In this document: one piece after another, positions 50,369 through 62,043 of the stretch
Layout: each line of letters begins with the position of its first letter
Position numbering within the stretch: the stretch's first letter is position 1
The notes under the pieces: model-generated
Databases searched by the model: none
Told to the model about the DNA's origin: nothing
What the model saw: the letters and a program-made list of their open reading frames with translations, nothing else
NCBI GenBank assembly: GCA_017649485.1
Contig: JAGCGS010000034.1
Span: 8,571 to 72,570 of the forward strand
Length of the DNA stretch: 64,000 nt
Source of the DNA: Bacteroidaceae bacterium
GTDB taxonomy: Bacteria; Bacteroidota; Bacteroidia; Bacteroidales; Bacteroidaceae
Reading direction: 5' to 3'
Program-made: the position numbers and the translations under genes

Positions 50369-50992
50369 TTATTTGAGCTTATCGAGATATTTGCCTATCA
50401 CTTCGGCTCGCTCACTGTCTTCTTGCTGGAATGCTTCAAGTAGCTCGGGAGATGAGCTGAGTAGCCGGTTCATCATATCCTTACCGACGAAATCTGCCTC
50501 ACCTGTAGTTGGGTCGATTACGTAATATACCCTAACATTGACGAGGCTGCTGGCATTGATGGCATCACCCACTGTGCCACCCAGCTTTGAACCCTCCTTG
50601 GGTATCAGTGTGCTGGATGCTATCTGGCCTAAAGGCTGAGCTTGGAAATATACTTTTCCACCTACCATCTCACCTAAGGCGTACCAGTTGCCAAAACGGT
50701 ATTTCTTGTATTTCATGTGCTTGAGGTTCACAAACAAGGTGTCGCTCAGACGCACGGCATAGCATCTCTTCTTGAGATACTTGGTCAGCTCTTTGTTCTC
50801 TGCTGAGTAGATTTCATAATCTGCCCCTGGGGAAAGATAGATCTGGTTGATGCTGCGCTTTGACTTGTGAAGGGTGGTAACTACATCACCCTGGTCGTTC
50901 ATCAGGTCTTGGAAATTGGCATACATCTTGTTTTGAGCAGTAGCAGAGACAGCCCAAATCATCAAAATGAACAAATATATTACCCTTTTCAT
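50369..50992 (-). CDS. Hypothetical secreted protein (conserved Bacteroidales-type)
   Basis: Signal peptide ending ATA-Q; 207-aa ORF; family not firmly recognised. Confidence 0.7.
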   Translation of the reverse strand: MKRVIYLFILMIWAVSATAQNKMYANFQDLMNDQGDVVTTLHKSKRSINQIYLSPGADYEIYSAENKELTKYLKKRCYAVRLSDTLFVNLKHMKYKKYRFGNWYALGEMVGGKVYFQAQPLGQIASSTLIPKEGSKLGGTVGDAINASSLVNVRVYYVIDPTTGEADFVGKDMMNRLLSSSPELLEAFQQEDSERAEVIGKYLDKLK

Positions 50993-51065
50993 CTTTACAA
51001 TGTATAATTCGGTGGTAAAATTAGTTGATTATCTTCATTCAAGCAAGAATGTACGCAAAAAAACG

Positions 51066-51098
51066 AAAAAAAAGTCGCCTTATCACTAAGGCGACTTC
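51066..51098 (-). terminator. Intrinsic terminator of the alpha operon
   Basis: AAGTCGCCTTA-TCAC-TAAGGCGACTT preceded by an A-run (U-tract on the minus strand). Confidence 0.85.
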
Positions 51099-51121
51099 TA
51101 TTATAGTTAGAGATAGTTGGT

Positions 51122-51622
51122 TTATTCAGCTTGTTTTTCATCAGTAGCTGCAACATCCCCCGCCTTTGGAGCCTCAGCTACCTCAACAGCATCGGTAGCA
51201 ACTGCCTTCTTTGAACGACGACGGGTGCGAGTTGCCTTCTTAACCGTCTCTTTAGCCATATTCTCATCATAGTCAACCAGCTCAATAAAGCACATTGAAG
51301 CGTTGTCACCCAGACGATGGCCAGTCTTGATAATACGAGTATATCCTCCCGGACGATCTGCTATCTTGACAGAGATTTCCTTGAACAACTCGGTTACAGC
51401 ATACTTATCTTGAAGATAACTGAACACAACTCGACGAGAGTTGGTAGTATCATTCTTAGACTTGGTTAACAGAGGCTCAACATATTTTTTCAATGCTTTA
51501 GCCTTCTCAACGGTCGTAGTGATTCTTTTGTGCTTGATCAGAGAGATAGCCATGTTTGACAACATAGCGGCTCTATGAGAAGCAGTACGACCCAAATGGT
51601 TAAATTTCTTATTATGTCTCAT
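51122..51622 (-). CDS. rplQ: 50S ribosomal protein L17
   Basis: [13 protein letters not shown] and RPGGYTRI motifs. Confidence 0.97.
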   Translation of the reverse strand: MRHNKKFNHLGRTASHRAAMLSNMAISLIKHKRITTTVEKAKALKKYVEPLLTKSKNDTTNSRRVVFSYLQDKYAVTELFKEISVKIADRPGGYTRIIKTGHRLGDNASMCFIELVDYDENMAKETVKKATRTRRRSKKAVATDAVEVAEAPKAGDVAATDEKQAE

Positions 51623-51625
51623 TTT

Positions 51626-52618
51626 TTATTCTTTATCTAATTTGTACTTAGAAATATCCATTCCAAACGACAGATTCAGACTCGCGAGCAAATCATCAAG
51701 CTCAGTGAGCGATTTCTTACCGAAGTTCCTGAATTTCAACAGGTCGGTCTTGTTGTATTGAACCAAGTCGCCCAAGGTCTCAACATCGGCAGCCTTCAAG
51801 CAGTTGAGGGCGCGTACAGAGAGATCCATGTCAACGAGTTTGGTCTTCAACTGCTGACGCATGTGCAGAACTTCTTCATCAAATTCCTCATTGTTATCAG
51901 AATCAGAAGGCTCCAACGTAATCTTTTCATCAGAGAACAACATGAAGTGATAGATGAGGATCTTTGCAGCTTCTTTCAAAGCATCCTTCGGGTGTATGGA
52001 ACCATCAGTTGCGATCTCAAGTGTCAGCTTATCGAAATCAGTCTTCTGCTCTACGCGGAAGGGTTCGATAGTGTACTTGACATTGCGGATAGGTGTGTAA
52101 ATCGAATCAATAGCAATTACATTAACGTCGGTGCAATAAATCTGGTTCTCTTCAGCGGGAACATAACCGCGACCTTTATTAATGGTAAGCACTATCTGCA
52201 TCGTAGCTTTTGCATCTAAATGACAAATAACTAATTCAGGATTTAACACTTCAAATCCAGCCAAATACTTGCCGATGTCACCTGCCTTAAACACAGTAGA
52301 ATTCTCAACTGAGATAATTGCTTTCTCAGTTTCATATTCTTCAATTACTTGCTTGAATCTCACTTGCTTGAGGTTCAAGATGATGTTGGTTACATCTTCT
52401 CTAACACCAGCAACGCTTGAAAATTCATGATCAACTCCGTCGATTTTGACGGTAGTGATAGCAAAGCCTTCTAATGAAGAAAGCAAAATACGGCGCAGGG
52501 CATTACCGATAGTGATACCAAAGCCTGGCTCTAAAGGACGGAACTCAAACTTACCGTACTTGGAGTCTGCTTCCAACATTAAAACTTTCTCAGGTTTTTG
52601 AAATGCTAATATCGACAT
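51626..52618 (-). CDS. rpoA: RNA polymerase alpha subunit
   Basis: [30 protein letters not shown] and RNFGKKSL motifs. Confidence 0.98.
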   Translation of the reverse strand: MSILAFQKPEKVLMLEADSKYGKFEFRPLEPGFGITIGNALRRILLSSLEGFAITTVKIDGVDHEFSSVAGVREDVTNIILNLKQVRFKQVIEEYETEKAIISVENSTVFKAGDIGKYLAGFEVLNPELVICHLDAKATMQIVLTINKGRGYVPAEENQIYCTDVNVIAIDSIYTPIRNVKYTIEPFRVEQKTDFDKLTLEIATDGSIHPKDALKEAAKILIYHFMLFSDEKITLEPSDSDNNEEFDEEVLHMRQQLKTKLVDMDLSVRALNCLKAADVETLGDLVQYNKTDLLKFRNFGKKSLTELDDLLASLNLSFGMDISKYKLDKE

Positions 52619-52628
52619 GAAATAATTA

Positions 52629-53231
52629 TTATTTAGAATACAACTCAACGATCAACTGCTCCTTAATGTTCTCTGGGATATCTGCTCTTTCAGGAACATG
52701 TAACATCTTACCTGACTTAGAAGCCTCGTCCCACTCGAACCAAGGATACTTACTGTGGTTGAAACCAGACAAAGAGTCGGCAATCACCTCAAGAGACTTT
52801 GAGCGTTCGCGAACACCGATCAACTGACCTGGCTTAACCTGATATGAAGGGATGCTAACCACTTCACCGTCAACAACGATGTGCTTGTGGTTTACCAACT
52901 GACGGGCAGCATCACGGGTCTTACCGATACCGAGACGATAAACCACATTGTCCAGTCTGCATTCCAACATCTGCAGAAGAATCTCACCAGTGATACCCTT
53001 CTTTTTTGCAGCTTTCTCAAACATGTTACGGAACTGTTTCTCCAACACACCATAGGTGTATTTTGCTTTCTGCTTCTCACGCAGCTGAATACCATATTCA
53101 GATGTCTTCTTGCGTGAAGCTCCATGCTGTCCAGGAGGGTTGGTTCGCTTAGCAAGAACTTTATCAGGGCCGTAAATAGGCTCTCCAAACTTACGAGCAA
53201 TTCTTGTTTTTGGTCCAGTATATCTAGCCAT
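52629..53231 (-). CDS. rpsD: 30S ribosomal protein S4
   Basis: [18 protein letters not shown] and IVELYSK motifs. Confidence 0.98.
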   Translation of the reverse strand: MARYTGPKTRIARKFGEPIYGPDKVLAKRTNPPGQHGASRKKTSEYGIQLREKQKAKYTYGVLEKQFRNMFEKAAKKKGITGEILLQMLECRLDNVVYRLGIGKTRDAARQLVNHKHIVVDGEVVSIPSYQVKPGQLIGVRERSKSLEVIADSLSGFNHSKYPWFEWDEASKSGKMLHVPERADIPENIKEQLIVELYSK

Positions 53232-53265
53232 TTTATCTCAATTTAAATTCAAACTCAATAATAAA

Positions 53266-53655
53266 TTATACTCTACGTCTCTTAGGAGGACGGCAACCAT
53301 TATGTGGCAATGGAGTTACGTCAATAATCTCAGTAACTTCGATACCTGCACCGTGAATGGTACGGATGGCAGACTCACGGCCATTACCTGGGCCCTTTAC
53401 GTATGCCTTTACCTTTCTCAAACCGAGGTCATAAGCCACCTTTGCACAATCCTGAGCAGCCATCTGTGCTGCGTAAGGAGTGTTCTTCTTAGAGCCTCTG
53501 AATCCCATCTTACCTGCTGAAGACCATGAGATAACCTGACCTTCGCTGTTTGCCAGAGAGACGATAATGTTGTTGAATGATGAATGAACATGCAACTGGC
53601 CCATTGCATCAACTTTCACAACCTTCTTTTTTGCTACAACTTGTTTCTTTGCCAT
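53266..53655 (-). CDS. rpsK: 30S ribosomal protein S11
   Basis: [18 protein letters not shown]. Confidence 0.98.
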   Translation of the reverse strand: MAKKQVVAKKKVVKVDAMGQLHVHSSFNNIIVSLANSEGQVISWSSAGKMGFRGSKKNTPYAAQMAAQDCAKVAYDLGLRKVKAYVKGPGNGRESAIRTIHGAGIEVTEIIDVTPLPHNGCRPPKRRRV

Positions 53656-53665
53656 ATCAAATTAA

Positions 53666-54046
53666 TTATTTAGTAGCCTTTTTCTTGTTAGCAACTGTCT
53701 TCTTTCTACCCTTACGTGTACGAGCATTGTTCTTTGTGCTCTGACCACGAACCGGAAGACCCAAACGGTGACGAACACCACGATAGCAACCGATATCCAT
53801 CAGGCGCTTGATGTTCATTTGCACTTCTGAACGAAGGTCACCTTCTACCTTATAGTTTGCAGCTATCTCTTCACGAATCCTAGCTGCCTGATCATCAGTC
53901 CAATCTTTTACCTTCAGGTCTTTATCAACCTCTGCTGCTTCCAAGATTTTCGCTGAACTACTGCGACCTATTCCAAAAATATAGGTCAACGCAATCTCGC
54001 CTCTCTTATTCTGAGGCAAATCTACACCAACTATTCTTATAGCCAT
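53666..54046 (-). CDS. rpsM: 30S ribosomal protein S13
   Basis: RIVGVDLP and [17 protein letters not shown] motifs; TATTTTTG box at 54066-54073 upstream. Confidence 0.98.
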   Translation of the reverse strand: MAIRIVGVDLPQNKRGEIALTYIFGIGRSSSAKILEAAEVDKDLKVKDWTDDQAARIREEIAANYKVEGDLRSEVQMNIKRLMDIGCYRGVRHRLGLPVRGQSTKNNARTRKGRKKTVANKKKATK

Positions 54047-54079
54047 ATACTTAATTATTTCTTTGCAAAAATAATAATA

Positions 54080-54196
54080 TTATCCTTGACGCTGTTTATA
54101 CTTAGGATTCTTCTTATTAATTACATACAGAACGCCACGACGACGCACAATCTTGCAATCTGGCGTACGCTTCTTTAAGGATACTCTAACTTTCAT
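54080..54196 (-). CDS. rpmJ: 50S ribosomal protein L36 (zinc-independent type)
   Basis: Manual translation [38 protein letters not shown]. Confidence 0.95.
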   Translation of the reverse strand: MKVRVSLKKRTPDCKIVRRRGVLYVINKKNPKYKQRQG

Positions 54197-54202
54197 ATCT
54201 TT

Positions 54203-54421
54203 TTATTTATATCTAAATGAAATTCTACCTTTGGTCAAATCATAAGGAGACATTTCAACCCTCACCCTATCGCCTGGCAGGATCTTGATGTAATGCATAC
54301 GCATCTTACCAGAGATATGGGCGGTTATCTCATGCCCATTTGTCAATTCTACGCGAAACATCGCATTTGACAATGCCTCGACTATTACTCCATCCTGTTC
54401 AATCGCCGATTGTTTTGCCAT
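54203..54421 (-). CDS. infA: Translation initiation factor IF-1
   Basis: [18 protein letters not shown]. Confidence 0.98.
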   Translation of the reverse strand: MAKQSAIEQDGVIVEALSNAMFRVELTNGHEITAHISGKMRMHYIKILPGDRVRVEMSPYDLTKGRISFRYK

Positions 54422-54431
54422 AGTCTAAAGT

Positions 54432-55775
54432 TTAATATGCGGCAATACCAGCGCTACGACCCTTGATACGTCCAGACTTCAACAAACCATCATAGTGCCT
54501 CATCAGCAAGTGGCTTTCAATCTGCTGGAGTGTGTCAAGAACGACACCTACGGTAATCAGCAACGAAGTACCACCGAAGAAGTGGGCAAATTCGTTCTGA
54601 ACACCAAACAAACCGGCAAATGCTGGCATGATGGCAATGAAAGTCAGGAAGAGGGCACCTGGCAAGGTGATGCGTGACATGATATCGTCGATATAGTCAG
54701 CTGTCTTCTTACCAGGTTTTACACCTGGAATGAAACCATTATTCCTTTTCATATCTTCTGCCATCTGAGTCGGGTTGATCGTAATAGCAGTATAGAAGTA
54801 AGTGAACAGAATGTTCAAGACTGCAAAGATAAAGTTGTACCAGAAGCTGCCGGAATCGGTAAGTGAGCGTAGGAAACTACTTGAATTGTTCAGGTCAGTA
54901 AAACCTATCAAAGAGATAGGAATGAACATAATGGCCTGAGCAAAAATGATAGGCATTACATTGGCAGCATTCACCTTCAGAGGAATATACTGGCGTGCAC
55001 CACCTACCTGTTTATTGCCAACAACTTTCTTAGCATACTGTACTGGAACTTTTCTTACACCCTGAACCAACAGGATTGCCAAAGCAATCACTATCAGCAA
55101 GATAACAATCTCAATCAAGAACATAACCAATCCACCGGTCTTGTCAGTAATACGAGAAACAACCTCTTGGAAGAAAGCCTGAGGCAAACGGGCGATGATA
55201 CCTATCAAGATGATGAAAGAGATACCATTGCCAACACCCTTATCAGTGATTCTTTCACCCAACCAGAGGATGAACATACTACCAGCAGCCAAGATGATGG
55301 TTGAAGTAAACATAAACAGAGTCCAATCTAATGAAGCATTTAATGAAGGACCTGCCTGGTATTTCAGGTTGAGCAGGTAAGAAGGTCCCTGAATCAGCAG
55401 GATGAAGATAGTCAAATATCTTGTGTACTGATTCATCTTTCTTCTTCCACTCTCACCCTCGCGCTGCAGCTTTTGGAAGTAAGGCACTGCGATACCCAAC
55501 AGCTGGATTACGATCGAAGCTGAGATGTAGGGCATGATACCCAATGCGAATATTGACGCATTTGAGAACGCTCCACCGGAAAACATGTTCAACAAGGCTA
55601 AAAGGCCCTCACTTGTTTGTTCACGCAACTGTGAAAGCATTGCAGGATTGATACCTGGCAACACCACATAAGAACCGAAACGGTATATTGCCACAAACAA
55701 TACGGTGATGAGGATCCTTTGTCTCAGATCCTCAATCTTCCATATATTCTTTAATGTTTCAATAGCTTTTCTCAT
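54432..55775 (-). CDS. secY: Preprotein translocase SecY
   Basis: SIFALGIMPYISASI, GNGISF and GGTSLLI motifs. Confidence 0.98.
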   Translation of the reverse strand: MRKAIETLKNIWKIEDLRQRILITVLFVAIYRFGSYVVLPGINPAMLSQLREQTSEGLLALLNMFSGGAFSNASIFALGIMPYISASIVIQLLGIAVPYFQKLQREGESGRRKMNQYTRYLTIFILLIQGPSYLLNLKYQAGPSLNASLDWTLFMFTSTIILAAGSMFILWLGERITDKGVGNGISFIILIGIIARLPQAFFQEVVSRITDKTGGLVMFLIEIVILLIVIALAILLVQGVRKVPVQYAKKVVGNKQVGGARQYIPLKVNAANVMPIIFAQAIMFIPISLIGFTDLNNSSSFLRSLTDSGSFWYNFIFAVLNILFTYFYTAITINPTQMAEDMKRNNGFIPGVKPGKKTADYIDDIMSRITLPGALFLTFIAIMPAFAGLFGVQNEFAHFFGGTSLLITVGVVLDTLQQIESHLLMRHYDGLLKSGRIKGRSAGIAAY

Positions 55776-55779
55776 CGAA

Positions 55780-56226
55780 TCAGAGTTTTACAACCTTACC
55801 ACCGGCAGCCTCAATAGCAGCCTCTGCAGTCTTTGAGAATGCATGAGCTACCACCTCAACCTTAGCGGTCAGGGTTCCTTTACCTAATACTTTAACCAAC
55901 TGCTTTGAAGAAACAAAACCTGCATTAATTAATGCGTTGATATCAACAGTCTGCAAATTTTCAGTTTCAGCAAGCGCTTGAATAGTATCCAGGTTGATTG
56001 CTTTATATTCTACACGATTAATATTCTTAAAGCCAAACTTTGGTACACGGCGCTGAAGAGGCATCTGACCACCTTCAAAACCGATTTTCTTCTTATAGCC
56101 AGATCTTGACTTAGCACCCTTGGTACCTCTTGTTGAAGTGCCACCCAAACCAGATCCTGGGCCACGACCGATTCTCTTTCTTGAAGAGGTAGATCCTGCA
56201 GCAGGTTTTAAATTACTTAAATCCAT
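55780..56226 (-). CDS. rplO: 50S ribosomal protein L15
   Basis: GFEGGQMPLQRRVPKFGF. Confidence 0.98.
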   Translation of the reverse strand: MDLSNLKPAAGSTSSRKRIGRGPGSGLGGTSTRGTKGAKSRSGYKKKIGFEGGQMPLQRRVPKFGFKNINRVEYKAINLDTIQALAETENLQTVDINALINAGFVSSKQLVKVLGKGTLTAKVEVVAHAFSKTAEAAIEAAGGKVVKL

Positions 56227-56255
56227 ATTGTAATTCTTTTTTATTCTACAACTAA

Positions 56256-56432
56256 TTACTTAACAATGGTAACCAAGTGCTTAACCTTCTCTACCATACC
56301 ACGGATAGAAGGGTTATCATCGTGCTCAACAGTATGATTCAGCTTGCGCAAACCCAGTGAATCCAAAATTCTCTTCTGATTTTTGGGAGCACCAATTCTA
56401 CTCTTAGTCTGTTTGATCTTTATTGTTGACAT
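56256..56432 (-). CDS. rpmD: 50S ribosomal protein L30
   Basis: Manual translation MSTIKIKQTKSRIGAPKNQKRILDSLGLRKLNHTVEHDDNPSIRGMVEKVKHLVTIVK. Confidence 0.96.
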   Translation of the reverse strand: MSTIKIKQTKSRIGAPKNQKRILDSLGLRKLNHTVEHDDNPSIRGMVEKVKHLVTIVK

Positions 56433-56442
56433 GATTTCCTCC

Positions 56443-56961
56443 TTATCCTTTAAATACTTTTTCCATACTTACACCTCTATTCTGAGCCACCATGCGAGCA
56501 TCACGCATTTCGCTAAGTGCCAGAATAGTTGCTTTAACTAAGTTGTGAGGGTTAGAAGAACCCTTAGACTTAGCCAGCACATCGGTAATGCCTACGCTTT
56601 CCAAAACAGCACGCATAGCACCACCAGCCACAACACCTGTACCCTGAGAAGCAGGTTTGATGAACACCTCAGCACCACCAAACTTAGCCAACTGTTCGTG
56701 AGGAACAGTTCCTTTGTGTACAGGAACTTTTACCAAGTTCTTCTTAGCAGCCTCAACACCTTTCGCAATTGCTGCGGTAACTTCACTGGCTTTACCCAAA
56801 CCGTAGCCGATAATGCCGTCTTCATTACCTACAACAACGATAGCAGAAAAAGTAAAGGTTCTACCACCCTTGGTCACCTTGGTTACGCGATTAATAGCAA
56901 CCAATCTATCTTTCAGCTCTGTATCGCTTGATACTTTTACTTTATTAGTCAATTCTGCCAT
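56443..56961 (-). CDS. rpsE: 30S ribosomal protein S5
   Basis: [11 protein letters not shown]. Confidence 0.98.
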   Translation of the reverse strand: MAELTNKVKVSSDTELKDRLVAINRVTKVTKGGRTFTFSAIVVVGNEDGIIGYGLGKASEVTAAIAKGVEAAKKNLVKVPVHKGTVPHEQLAKFGGAEVFIKPASQGTGVVAGGAMRAVLESVGITDVLAKSKGSSNPHNLVKATILALSEMRDARMVAQNRGVSMEKVFKG

Positions 56962-56966
56962 AATGA

Positions 56967-57311
56967 TTAAAATTTAAGTCCACCGTTACGTGCAGCATCA
57001 GCCACTTCTTTAACTCTACCATGATATAAGTAACCATTACGGTCGAAAACAACTGTCGTAATGCCGGCTTCCTGAGCCTTCTTGGCAATCAGATCACCAA
57101 CTTTTGCAGCCTGTTCCTTCTTTGGCATCTTTTCTGTCATACCCAAAGAAGAGGCGGCAGCCAGTGTATTACCAGTGAGATCGTCAATCAGTTGAACATA
57201 GATCTGCTTATTACTTCTGAAAACTGACATACGTGGTCTTTCAGCGGTGCCAGAGACCTTATTGCGAACTCTATATTTGATCTTAATTCGTCTTTCTATT
57301 TTTGCTGTCAT
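56967..57311 (-). CDS. rplR: 50S ribosomal protein L18
   Basis: [11 protein letters not shown] and [12 protein letters not shown] motifs; start trimmed to ATG 57311. Confidence 0.97.
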   Translation of the reverse strand: MTAKIERRIKIKYRVRNKVSGTAERPRMSVFRSNKQIYVQLIDDLTGNTLAAASSLGMTEKMPKKEQAAKVGDLIAKKAQEAGITTVVFDRNGYLYHGRVKEVADAARNGGLKF

Positions 57312-57330
57312 GATATATACAATTAAAATG

Positions 57331-57900
57331 TTACTTCGCACCAGCAGCCTTACCAGACTTTCTGCGAATAATTTCACCAACAAACTTAATGCCCTTTCCT
57401 TTGTAAGGCTCAGGCTTACGGAAAGAACGAATCTTAGCACAAATCTGACCAAGGAGCTGCTTATCGCATGACTCTAACATAATCAGAGGGTTCTTGTTTC
57501 TCTCTGACTTCGTCTCAACCTTTACCTCTGGTGGTAACTGAATAAAGATTGGGTGTGTGTAACCTAAAGCCAACTCGATGATGTTGCCCTGATTAGAAAC
57601 GCGGTAACCAACACCTACAAGTTCCATTTCTTTCTTAAATCCTTCTGATACGCCAACAACCATATTGTTCACCAACGCACGGTACAAACCATGATATGCA
57701 TGGCGCTGCTTTGTATTGTCCATCATGGTCTCTTCATTCTCAGCGAAAGAGATGTGACCATCTTCGATGGTAACCTTGATAGCAGGATTAACATACTGGC
57801 TCAATTCGCCCTTAGGACCCTTCACGGTAACAACGTCATCCTTGAAGTTCACTGTAACTCCAGCAGGAATGCTGATGGGTAATTTTCCTATTCTTGACAT
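57331..57900 (-). CDS. rplF: 50S ribosomal protein L6
   Basis: MSRIGK and [11 protein letters not shown] motifs. Confidence 0.98.
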   Translation of the reverse strand: MSRIGKLPISIPAGVTVNFKDDVVTVKGPKGELSQYVNPAIKVTIEDGHISFAENEETMMDNTKQRHAYHGLYRALVNNMVVGVSEGFKKEMELVGVGYRVSNQGNIIELALGYTHPIFIQLPPEVKVETKSERNKNPLIMLESCDKQLLGQICAKIRSFRKPEPYKGKGIKFVGEIIRRKSGKAAGAK

Positions 57901-57915
57901 GCTAAATCCTCCTAA

Positions 57916-58311
57916 TTAATAAACGTAACACAAAACTTCGCCACCAATCTTCTGCTCGGTAGCTTCTTTGTCTGTCATAACACCCTTAGATGTTGAAAGA
58001 ATAGCAATACCCAAGCCATTGATAACTCTTGGCATTTCCTTGTAACCAGTGTACTTGCGCAAACCAGGAGAAGACACACGGATGAGCTTCTTGATTGCGT
58101 TCACTTTGTTCACTGGATCATACTTCAGCGCTACCTTAATGGTGCCCTGAGGACCGTCTTCTACAAACTTATAATTAAGAATGTAGCCCTTGTCAAAAAG
58201 AATCTTAGTGATTTCTTTTTTCAAATTTGAGGCAGGAACCTCCACTACTCTGTGCTTAGCCTGAATAGCGTTTCTCAACCTCGTCAAATAATCTGCTATT
58301 GGATCTGTCAT
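57916..58311 (-). CDS. rpsH: 30S ribosomal protein S8
   Basis: MTDPIADYLTRLRNA and GGEVLCYV motifs. Confidence 0.98.
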   Translation of the reverse strand: MTDPIADYLTRLRNAIQAKHRVVEVPASNLKKEITKILFDKGYILNYKFVEDGPQGTIKVALKYDPVNKVNAIKKLIRVSSPGLRKYTGYKEMPRVINGLGIAILSTSKGVMTDKEATEQKIGGEVLCYVY

Positions 58312-58367
58312 ATAATAAATAATTAAATTAATCAGGACTACCCTGACAATATTTAAACATTACTTTC

Positions 58368-58667
58368 TTACCAGCTTGCTTTGTGTACTCCAGGTATCAA
58401 ACCGTTAGACGCCATCTCGCGGAAAGCAATTCTTGAAATGCCAAACTGACGGAGATAACCTTTTGGACGTCCACTCATCTTGCAACGGTTGTGCAATCTG
58501 ATAGGATTTGCGTTCTTGGGGATATCCTGCAGTTTCTGAGCTGCCTCATAAGCTTCGGTAGGTTCACCTTTTCTTACGATTTCCTTCAGAGCAGCCCTCT
58601 TAGCGGCATACTTTGCTACGAGTTTCGCACGCTTAACCTCACGTGCCTTCATTGATTCTTTTGCCAT
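58368..58667 (-). CDS. rpsN: 30S ribosomal protein S14 (long, zinc-independent type)
   Basis: NRCKMSGRP and [11 protein letters not shown] motifs. Confidence 0.97.
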   Translation of the reverse strand: MAKESMKAREVKRAKLVAKYAAKRAALKEIVRKGEPTEAYEAAQKLQDIPKNANPIRLHNRCKMSGRPKGYLRQFGISRIAFREMASNGLIPGVHKASW

Positions 58668-58673
58668 ATTATA

Positions 58674-59231
58674 TCAATCTTTATTAGCGTTCTTAAAAGG
58701 TAAACCAAATTCCTTCAGCAGAGCATAACCCTCCTCGTCAGTCTTTGCAGAAGTTACGAACGTAATGTTCATGCCTTTAATGGTCTGCACACTGTCGATG
58801 TTGATTTCAGGGAAGATTATCTGCTCCTGGATACCCAGTGAATAGTTACCACGACCATCCAACTTACTTTCAATACCCTTGAAGTCGCGGATACGAGGCA
58901 GAGCCACACGGATGAGCTTCTCCAAGAATTCATACATACGCTCACGACGAAGTGTCACCATCACGCCAATAGGCATTTTCTTACGCAACTTGAAGTTAGC
59001 GATATCTTTCTTAGAAAGGGTAGCCACTGCCTTCTGGCCTGTAATGGTGGTAAGCTCATTGATAGCGTCATCAATAATCTTCTTGTCAGCCACAGCATTA
59101 CCCAAACCTTGGTTCACCACAATCTTCTTCAATACAGGAATCTGCATAGCAGATGTGTACTGGAACTTAGCTTTCAAAGCAGGAGCGATACGCTCAGTAT
59201 ATTCTTTCTTTAAACTTGCAGTATTACTCAT
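58674..59231 (-). CDS. rplE: 50S ribosomal protein L5
   Basis: LPRIRDFKG and EQIIFPEI motifs. Confidence 0.98.
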   Translation of the reverse strand: MSNTASLKKEYTERIAPALKAKFQYTSAMQIPVLKKIVVNQGLGNAVADKKIIDDAINELTTITGQKAVATLSKKDIANFKLRKKMPIGVMVTLRRERMYEFLEKLIRVALPRIRDFKGIESKLDGRGNYSLGIQEQIIFPEINIDSVQTIKGMNITFVTSAKTDEEGYALLKEFGLPFKNANKD

Positions 59232-59551
59232 CACTTAATCTCCTCTCCTGATTTTTTAGCGTAACGAACTAACTTACCATTATCGCCCAATCTTCTACCA
59301 ATGCGGGTAGGCTTGCCTGTCTTAGGATCCAGAGGATTCAAATTAGAAATATGAACAGGAGCCTCTTTTCTTACAAAACCACCCTGTGGGTTCTTAGCGT
59401 TAGGCTTAGTGCTCTTCTGTACCATGTTGACACCTTCAACGATGGCACGGTTCTCTTTCACAAGAACCTTCAACACACGACCAGTCTTGCCTTTGTCTTC
59501 GCCGGCATTCACGTAAACCTGATCGTTCTTTTTAATATGCAATTTACTCAT
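59231..59551 (-). CDS. rplX: 50S ribosomal protein L24
   Basis: AGEDKGKTG and EAPVHISN motifs. Confidence 0.98.
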   Translation of the reverse strand: MSKLHIKKNDQVYVNAGEDKGKTGRVLKVLVKENRAIVEGVNMVQKSTKPNAKNPQGGFVRKEAPVHISNLNPLDPKTGKPTRIGRRLGDNGKLVRYAKKSGEEIK

Positions 59552-59571
59552 TAGTTTAAAACTTTAAAAAA

Positions 59572-59937
59572 TTAAAGTACTTCAGGAGCTAGTGAGACTA
59601 CTTTCATGTTAGTAGCACGAAGCTCGCGGGCAACAGGGCCAAAGATACGGCTACCGCGAAGCTCGCCTGCATTATTCAACAACACACAAGCATTATCGTC
59701 GAAGCGAATGTAAGAACCGTCAGCACGACGGATTTCCTTCTTCGTACGTACAATCAAAGCTTTTGACACTGCACCTTTTTTAATATCACTTGAAGGGATA
59801 ACATTCTGAACAGCAACAACAATGATGTCGCCAACAGAAGCATAACGGCGTCCGGTGCTACCCAAAACGCGAATGCACAGAGCCTCGCGAGCTCCACTGT
59901 TATCGCATACAGTAAGTTTGGTCTCTACTTGTATCAT
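59572..59937 (-). CDS. rplN: 50S ribosomal protein L14
   Basis: [16 protein letters not shown] and SLAPEVL motifs. Confidence 0.98.
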   Translation of the reverse strand: MIQVETKLTVCDNSGAREALCIRVLGSTGRRYASVGDIIVVAVQNVIPSSDIKKGAVSKALIVRTKKEIRRADGSYIRFDDNACVLLNNAGELRGSRIFGPVARELRATNMKVVSLAPEVL

Positions 59938-59939
59938 AA

Positions 59940-60209
59940 TTACTTAGCTCTTTCAGTTATTTCTACTAATCTCCATCTCTTCAGCTTGCTCAGCGGGCGA
60001 GTTTCCATGATACGAACTGTATCACCGATATTGCACTCATTTTTCTCATCATGAGCGTAGTACTTTTTCGTCTTGCTGACGAACTTGCCATACAAGGGGT
60101 GCTTCACTTTGAACTTAGAAGCCACAGTGATAGTCTTATCCATCTTATTGCTTAGGACAACCCCTGTTCTCACTTTTCTTAAATTTCTTGCTTCCATCAA
60201 GGCCATCAA
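59940..60209 (-). CDS. rpsQ: 30S ribosomal protein S17
   Basis: [14 protein letters not shown] and ETRPLSK motifs (start could be 60197). Confidence 0.97.
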   Translation of the reverse strand: MMALMEARNLRKVRTGVVLSNKMDKTITVASKFKVKHPLYGKFVSKTKKYYAHDEKNECNIGDTVRIMETRPLSKLKRWRLVEITERAK

Positions 60210-60404
60210 TTAATTGTTAAGTTCTCTTTCACGCAAGATAGTCATCATGCGTGCAATAGTCTTGCGTAATTTCTTGATCTGAGAAGGGTCTTCCAGTGGA
60301 GAGATTGCATGATTCAACATCATCTGGTGCAAATTAGCCTTTTCTGTCTCCACCCTTTCCTTCAGGTCAGCGGTAGTTAATTCTCTAATTTCTGCTATCT
60401 TCAT
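60210..60404 (-). CDS. rpmC: 50S ribosomal protein L29
   Basis: IKKLRKTIARMMT; position in the S10 operon. Confidence 0.96.
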   Translation of the reverse strand: MKIAEIRELTTADLKERVETEKANLHQMMLNHAISPLEDPSQIKKLRKTIARMMTILRERELNN

Positions 60405-60409
60405 ATCTT

Positions 60410-60847
60410 TTACGCATTTTGATTCTGATAATCATAATCACGCCTTACGACAAACTTAGTTGTGATAGGCAGTTTCTGAGCAGCCAAGCGTAAAGCCTCC
60501 TTAGCTACGTCAAAAGGAACACCCTCAGCCTCGATAATAATTCTACCAGGAGTAACAGGTGCAACCCATCCTGCAGGATCACCCTTACCTTTACCCATAC
60601 GCACGTCAGCAGGCTTGCGAGTGATAGGTTTGTCCGGGAAGATGCGAATCCAAATCTGTCCTTGACGCTGCATATATCTTGTTACTGCAATACGGGCAGC
60701 CTCTATCTGCTGGGCGGTAATCCATTTACGCTCCAGCGCCTTGATACCGAATGAACCGAAAGCCAGTGTTGTGCCTCTGTGGGCATCGCCCTTACGGCCA
60801 CGACCATCTTGCGGTCTTCTGTATTTTACTCTTTTAGGTTGTAACAT
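60410..60847 (-). CDS. rplP: 50S ribosomal protein L16
   Basis: MLQPKR and RMGKGKG motifs. Confidence 0.98.
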   Translation of the reverse strand: MLQPKRVKYRRPQDGRGRKGDAHRGTTLAFGSFGIKALERKWITAQQIEAARIAVTRYMQRQGQIWIRIFPDKPITRKPADVRMGKGKGDPAGWVAPVTPGRIIIEAEGVPFDVAKEALRLAAQKLPITTKFVVRRDYDYQNQNA

Positions 60848-60865
60848 AACTTCTAAAATTCAAAA

Positions 60866-61591
60866 TTAGCGGTTATTCTTTTTTCTCTTGAAGTTCCTTC
60901 CGCCGTTGCCACTGTTGCCACGACCGGAATCCTTTGGCTGAGTGAAGTTAGGAGCCAAGTCGCGCTTGCCATAAACCTCACCTCTGCAAATCCACACCTT
61001 CACACCCTGAATACCAACCTTGGTCAGTGCCTCAGCCAGACAGTAGTCGATGTCTGCACGGAAAGTGTGCAAAGGAGTTCTACCTTCCTTATACATCTCA
61101 GAGCGTGCCATTTCAGCACCGTTCAAACGACCTGAGATCTGTATCTTAATACCCTCAGCACCCATACGCATTGTATTGGCGATAGCCATCTTGATGGCAC
61201 GACGGTATGCGATCTTACCTTCAACCTGACGAGCCACATTGTTAGCCACAATGACTGCATCCAACTCAGGACGGCGTACCTCAAAGATATTGATCTGTAT
61301 CTCCTTATCGGTGATTTTCTTCAATTCCTCTTTCAGCTTATCAACTTCCTGACCACCTTTACCAATGATAATACCTGGACGTGAAGTACAAACAGTGATT
61401 GTAACAAGTTTCAATGTGCGTTCGATAACGATGCGTGATACGCTTGCCTTAGCCAGACGAGCGTTCAAATACTTACGGATTTTGCTGTCTTCCAACAGGC
61501 GATCACCGTAGTTCTTGCCACCGTACCAATTAGAATCCCATCCGCGGATGATTCCCAAACGATTACTTATCGGATTAACTTTCTGTCCCAT
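60866..61591 (-). CDS. rpsC: 30S ribosomal protein S3
   Basis: MGQKVNP and [10 protein letters not shown] motifs. Confidence 0.98.
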   Translation of the reverse strand: MGQKVNPISNRLGIIRGWDSNWYGGKNYGDRLLEDSKIRKYLNARLAKASVSRIVIERTLKLVTITVCTSRPGIIIGKGGQEVDKLKEELKKITDKEIQINIFEVRRPELDAVIVANNVARQVEGKIAYRRAIKMAIANTMRMGAEGIKIQISGRLNGAEMARSEMYKEGRTPLHTFRADIDYCLAEALTKVGIQGVKVWICRGEVYGKRDLAPNFTQPKDSGRGNSGNGGRNFKRKKNNR

Positions 61592-61596
61592 AAACC

Positions 61597-62007
61597 TTAA
61601 TTTTGATCATCGTTATTACTCTTAGAACCCACGAACAGTGTTACATGATTTGAACGTTTGCGAATTCTATATCCTCTACCCTGTGGTGCAGGTCTCATGC
61701 GCTTGAGAGTCATGCCACCGTCAACAAAAATCTTGGTTACGAACAGTTCTCCGTTTTCAGCCTTACGTTCATTTTTCTGCTCCCAGTTAGCGATAGCAGA
61801 ACGCAACAGTTTCTCAACTTTAGCTGCGGGCTCCTTTGAAGAGAACTTCAGTACGCCGAGTGCTCTGTTCACTTCCATACCACGAATCATGTCAACCACG
61901 AGGCGCATCTTGCGTGGGGATGTAGGAACATTGTTCAGCTTGGCGAAATACATAGTCTTAAGGGCTTCTTTTCTCTTTTCAGCCGATATTTTCTTTCTTG
62001 CTCCCAT
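61597..62007 (-). CDS. rplV: 50S ribosomal protein L22
   Basis: SPRKMRLV and [10 protein letters not shown] motifs. Confidence 0.98.
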   Translation of the reverse strand: MGARKKISAEKRKEALKTMYFAKLNNVPTSPRKMRLVVDMIRGMEVNRALGVLKFSSKEPAAKVEKLLRSAIANWEQKNERKAENGELFVTKIFVDGGMTLKRMRPAPQGRGYRIRKRSNHVTLFVGSKSNNDDQN

Positions 62008-62043
62008 TATTTAATATTACTTTTTATCTTTGATAACCTGTCT

